In this document: piece after piece, positions 53,546 to 64,000 of the stretch | Layout: the number at the start of each line of letters is the position of its first letter | Position numbering within the stretch: the first letter of the stretch is position 1 | From: an uncultured Holophagales bacterium | Lineage (GTDB): Bacteria; Acidobacteriota; Thermoanaerobaculia; Multivoradales; UBA5704 | Direction of reading: 5' to 3' | Assembly: GCA_963842525.1 (NCBI GenBank) | Contig: CAWJGT010000009.1 | Coordinates: 1,472,001-1,536,000 of the forward strand | Length of the DNA: 64,000 bases | Program-made: the position numbers and the translations under genes | The notes under the pieces: model-generated | What the model was told of the DNA's origin: nothing | The model's database searches: none | What the model saw: only the letters and a program-made list of their open reading frames with translations

Positions 53546-56115
53546 CGCCGCCGGACGCCTCTGCGCACCGGGTCGCCCTCCCCGGCTCCGGCGGGCAATG
53601 GGCCGTCTGGCGCCGCCTCTGCGTGCGCGGCGCCGGCTTCCCCGTGGCCGGCGTGCTGCGCCTCGCCTCGCCGCTCGCCGCCGCCGCGGCCGACCGTCTC
53701 AACGCCGCCGAGGCCGAGGCCGAGCGCCGCCGCCTCGCCGCGGTGGAGGCGGTCGGCGCCGCCATGGAGGGTGTCCTGGAGAGCGCCGGCCGCGACGCCT
53801 TCAAAGGTCTGCTCAAGGCGATCCAGAAGCTCAACAAGGGGAAGGTCCCCCCGGGCGACGGCCTGCCGGCCGCGGCCGCCGCCGCCGTGGCGGCCTACGG
53901 CGCTGCGAGCGGGGAGGCCGGGAGGCTTCAGGAGGAGTACCTCGCCGTTGCGGCGGCCGAAGAGCGGCGGCTCGCGGGCGAGCTGCGCGCGGTCGCCCGC
54001 GAGCCGCGGTTCCGCGAAGCCGTCCTCTGGCAGAACCGCCACGTGCTCAAGGCCGGGATCGACAGCTTCCTGCGGCAGGAGGCGAGCGGGCGGCGATCGT
54101 CGAAGGAGCGCCAGAATGAGCTGGCGGTCACCTCCTACCTCCAGCGCTTCTGCACCAAGAACGACACCATTGGATTCTTCGGCCCGGTCGGCTGGGGGAC
54201 GCTGGGAGAGGAGGACGAGCCGCTCGCGGTCACCCACGGCCCCGGCTTCCTCGCCGCGCGCAGAGTCTTCTTCGAGGGGTGGAGCGTCGACGCCCTGGCC
54301 GAGCTGCTGGCGCGCGATCCGGAGCTGCGCCCCGGCCTCCCGCCGCGCCGGGGCATCTTCGTGCGCTCCGACGGCGAGGTGATGGGCCGGGGGGCCCGGC
54401 CGCTGCCGGCGCCCGCGCGCGCCCTGCTCGCCCTCTGCGACGGCGGCACCCCCGCCCGCGAGGTAGCGCGCCGCCTGGTCGCGGCGGGGACCTTCCCGGA
54501 CGCCGAGGCGGTCTACGGTGCGCTCGACCAGCTGTGCGCCGCCGGCCTCGTCCGCTGGGGCTTCGAGCTCCCCCTGGTGCTGGAGCCCGAGCGCGTCCTG
54601 CGGGAGCAGATCGAGGCCCTGGAGCCCGGAGAAGCGCGCGACCGGGCGCTCGCTACCCTCGGGGAGATGGAGGCGGCCCGCCGCGCGGTGGCACATGCCG
54701 CCGGCGACGAGCGGGCGCTGGACGCGGCGCTGCACGAGCTGGAGGATCGCTTCACCCGCCTGAGCGGCCTGGGCGCGACCCGCGGCCATGGCGAGACCTA
54801 CGCCGGCAGGACCCTGGTCTACGAGGACTGCCGCCGCGGTTCCGAAGTCGCCCTGGGCCGGGAGGTCCTCGACGCCCTGGGGCCGCCGCTGGCGCTGGTG
54901 CTGGCCAGCGCCCGCTGGCTGACCCACGCCGCGGCCGAGCTCCACCGCGCCTACTTCGACGAGGTCTACCAGCGGCTGCGCCAGGAGACCGGCGGTGCCC
55001 GGGTGGACCTGGCGACCTTCTGCCGCCGGGCGCTGCCGGCCATGGTCGGGCCGCAGAACCTGGTCGTCCGGCAGCTCCTGCCGGAATTCCGGCGTCGTTG
55101 GACGGAGGCGCTCGCGCTGCCCGACGACGGCCGCCGGCGGGTGAGCTACACCGCCGAGGAGCTGCGCCCGCGCCTGCTGCGCGCCTTCGACGCGCCGGGG
55201 CCGGGCTGGACCATCGCGCGGCACCACAGCCCGGACGTGCTGCTCGCCGCCCGCGGGCCCGAGGCGGTCCGGCGCGGCGACTTCCAGTTCGTCCTCGGCG
55301 AGCTGCACCTCGGCACCAACACTCTCAGCACCAACCTCTTCGTCGGCCAGCACCCATCCCCGGCGGACCTCTTCGCCGCCATGGAACGGGACCTGCCGGA
55401 GCCGTGCGTGTTCCCCACCCTGCCCAAGGTCTGGCAGCAGCAGCAGTCCGACGCGCTCCTCGGTGTCCCCTTGCAGGGGCTGACCGGCCGGCTGTACTTC
55501 GGCCTCGCGACCGGCAAGGACCTCTTCATCGAGGTCACCCCGGCGCCCCCGGGGCTGCCGAGCTCGCAGGTGCTGTCGGTCGCGGAGCTCGCGGTCGAGC
55601 CCGGCGCCCGCGGCCTGCAGGTGGTGAGCCGGACGGGCCGTTGCTTCGACCTGCTCGACTTCCTGCAGACCGCGATCACCTCCCAGATCGTGGGCGCCTT
55701 CCGGCTCTTCCCGGCGCGGTCCCATCTGCCGCGGGTCACCGTCGACCGTCTGGTCCTGTCGCGGGAGTCCTGGGCCTTGCGCGCCGGCGACCTGGAGTTC
55801 GCCCAGGCAGCGACGGAAGCCGCCCGCTTCGCGGGGGCGCGCCGCTGGGCCGCCCGCCTCGACCTGCCACGCTTCCTGTTCGTCAAGACACCCTATGAAA
55901 CAAAGCCGTTCTATCTCGATCTCGAGAGCCCCCCGTCTGTCGAGATCTCCGCCCGCGAGGTGCGGCGGGCGTCGGACAAGAGCGAAGGGAAGGGGGCGGT
56001 CCGTCTGAGCGAGATGCTGCCCGCGCCCGACGAGGCCTGGCTGCCCGACGCCCAGGGGGACCTCTACGCGAGCGAGCTGCGGATGGTGGCGGTGGACCTC
56101 GCCGGGAGGGGCTGA
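53542..56115 (+). CDS. Stand-alone LanB glutamylation-domain homolog (small LanB / PEARL-like aminoacyl-tRNA-dependent ligase)
   Basis: FREAVLWQN, SYLQRFCTKNDTIGFFGP, YAGRTLVYED, HHSPD, LGELH, PRVTVD.LV..RE.W, KP.Y.D, SEMLP and Y.SELR; ends at 857 aa without an elimination domain. Confidence 0.85.
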   Translation: MTPPDASAHRVALPGSGGQWAVWRRLCVRGAGFPVAGVLRLASPLAAAAADRLNAAEAEAERRRLAAVEAVGAAMEGVLESAGRDAFKGLLKAIQKLNKGKVPPGDGLPAAAAAAVAAYGAASGEAGRLQEEYLAVAAAEERRLAGELRAVAREPRFREAVLWQNRHVLKAGIDSFLRQEASGRRSSKERQNELAVTSYLQRFCTKNDTIGFFGPVGWGTLGEEDEPLAVTHGPGFLAARRVFFEGWSVDALAELLARDPELRPGLPPRRGIFVRSDGEVMGRGARPLPAPARALLALCDGGTPAREVARRLVAAGTFPDAEAVYGALDQLCAAGLVRWGFELPLVLEPERVLREQIEALEPGEARDRALATLGEMEAARRAVAHAAGDERALDAALHELEDRFTRLSGLGATRGHGETYAGRTLVYEDCRRGSEVALGREVLDALGPPLALVLASARWLTHAAAELHRAYFDEVYQRLRQETGGARVDLATFCRRALPAMVGPQNLVVRQLLPEFRRRWTEALALPDDGRRRVSYTAEELRPRLLRAFDAPGPGWTIARHHSPDVLLAARGPEAVRRGDFQFVLGELHLGTNTLSTNLFVGQHPSPADLFAAMERDLPEPCVFPTLPKVWQQQQSDALLGVPLQGLTGRLYFGLATGKDLFIEVTPAPPGLPSSQVLSVAELAVEPGARGLQVVSRTGRCFDLLDFLQTAITSQIVGAFRLFPARSHLPRVTVDRLVLSRESWALRAGDLEFAQAATEAARFAGARRWAARLDLPRFLFVKTPYETKPFYLDLESPPSVEISAREVRRASDKSEGKGAVRLSEMLPAPDEAWLPDAQGDLYASELRMVAVDLAGRG

Positions 56116-56142
56116 GCCGGCCGCTGCTGCGGAGCTGGAAAC

Positions 56143-56159
56143 CGGCTATAAGCTATAAT
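56143..56159 (+). promoter_or_regulatory. Promoter motif upstream of NRPS
   Basis: CGGCTATAAGCTATAAT contains TATAAT at 56154-56159; the same 12-mer lies on the minus strand at 52347-52358. Confidence 0.5.
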
Positions 56160-56186
56160 CAGTTTTCCTTTCCGGAAGGATGTGGA

Positions 56187-64000
<7,814 letters not shown>

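Noticed and set aside
53542-56115. Class I lanthipeptide or thiopeptide cluster
   Set aside because: No elimination domain, LanC, YcaO or precursor peptide in the window.

Overview
High-GC bacterial DNA. The Acidobacteria-type VWA protein and a characteristic TPR-family relic suggest Acidobacteriota/Thermoanaerobaculia (inference). Several single-base frameshifts in otherwise intact genes suggest an imperfectly polished assembly. From left to right: (1) a minus-strand NLR-like locus with an nSTAND NTPase-TM-WD40 gene, a translationally coupled SIR2-like/TIR gene and a second tandem SIR2-like paralog running off the left edge; (2) a sulfate-assimilation/siroheme operon preceded by an apparently leaderless Cys-rich 22-codon uORF, a candidate cysteine attenuator; (3) a REP doublet, VWA protein, secreted SdrD-repeat protein, CreBC-like two-component system with creD, and a zinc metalloprotease; (4) an uncharacterised accessory cluster at 24.2-31.7 kb (DUF1906-like muramidase, TPR protein, two paralogous beta-rich proteins flanking a Pro/Ser-rich NPF/DPF protein, low-GC PD-(D/E)XK-like protein, lipoprotein, ECF sigma-TPR); (5) a truncated heme-type TonB receptor, an M16 peptidase pair and ChaN-PDZ; (6) tRNA-Leu(TAA) followed by a decayed integrative island of about 11 kb with a tyrosine integrase, IS701, a complete 4-gene TG...CA transposon with 6-bp target duplication, IS256, CHAT and TPR relics and a tRNA-Thr 3' half; (7) the start of a biosynthetic cluster combining DUF3326, an ATP-grasp-like ligase, an LLM monooxygenase, a stand-alone LanB-glutamylation-type (PEARL-like) protein and a FAAL-initiated NRPS running off the right edge. 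The best candidates for undescribed systems are the PEARL+ATP-grasp+lipopeptide NRPS cluster, the STAND-WD40/tandem SIR2-TIR locus, the Cys uORF attenuator and the 24-29 kb paralog cluster. All family assignments come from recognising motifs by eye; no database searches were run.
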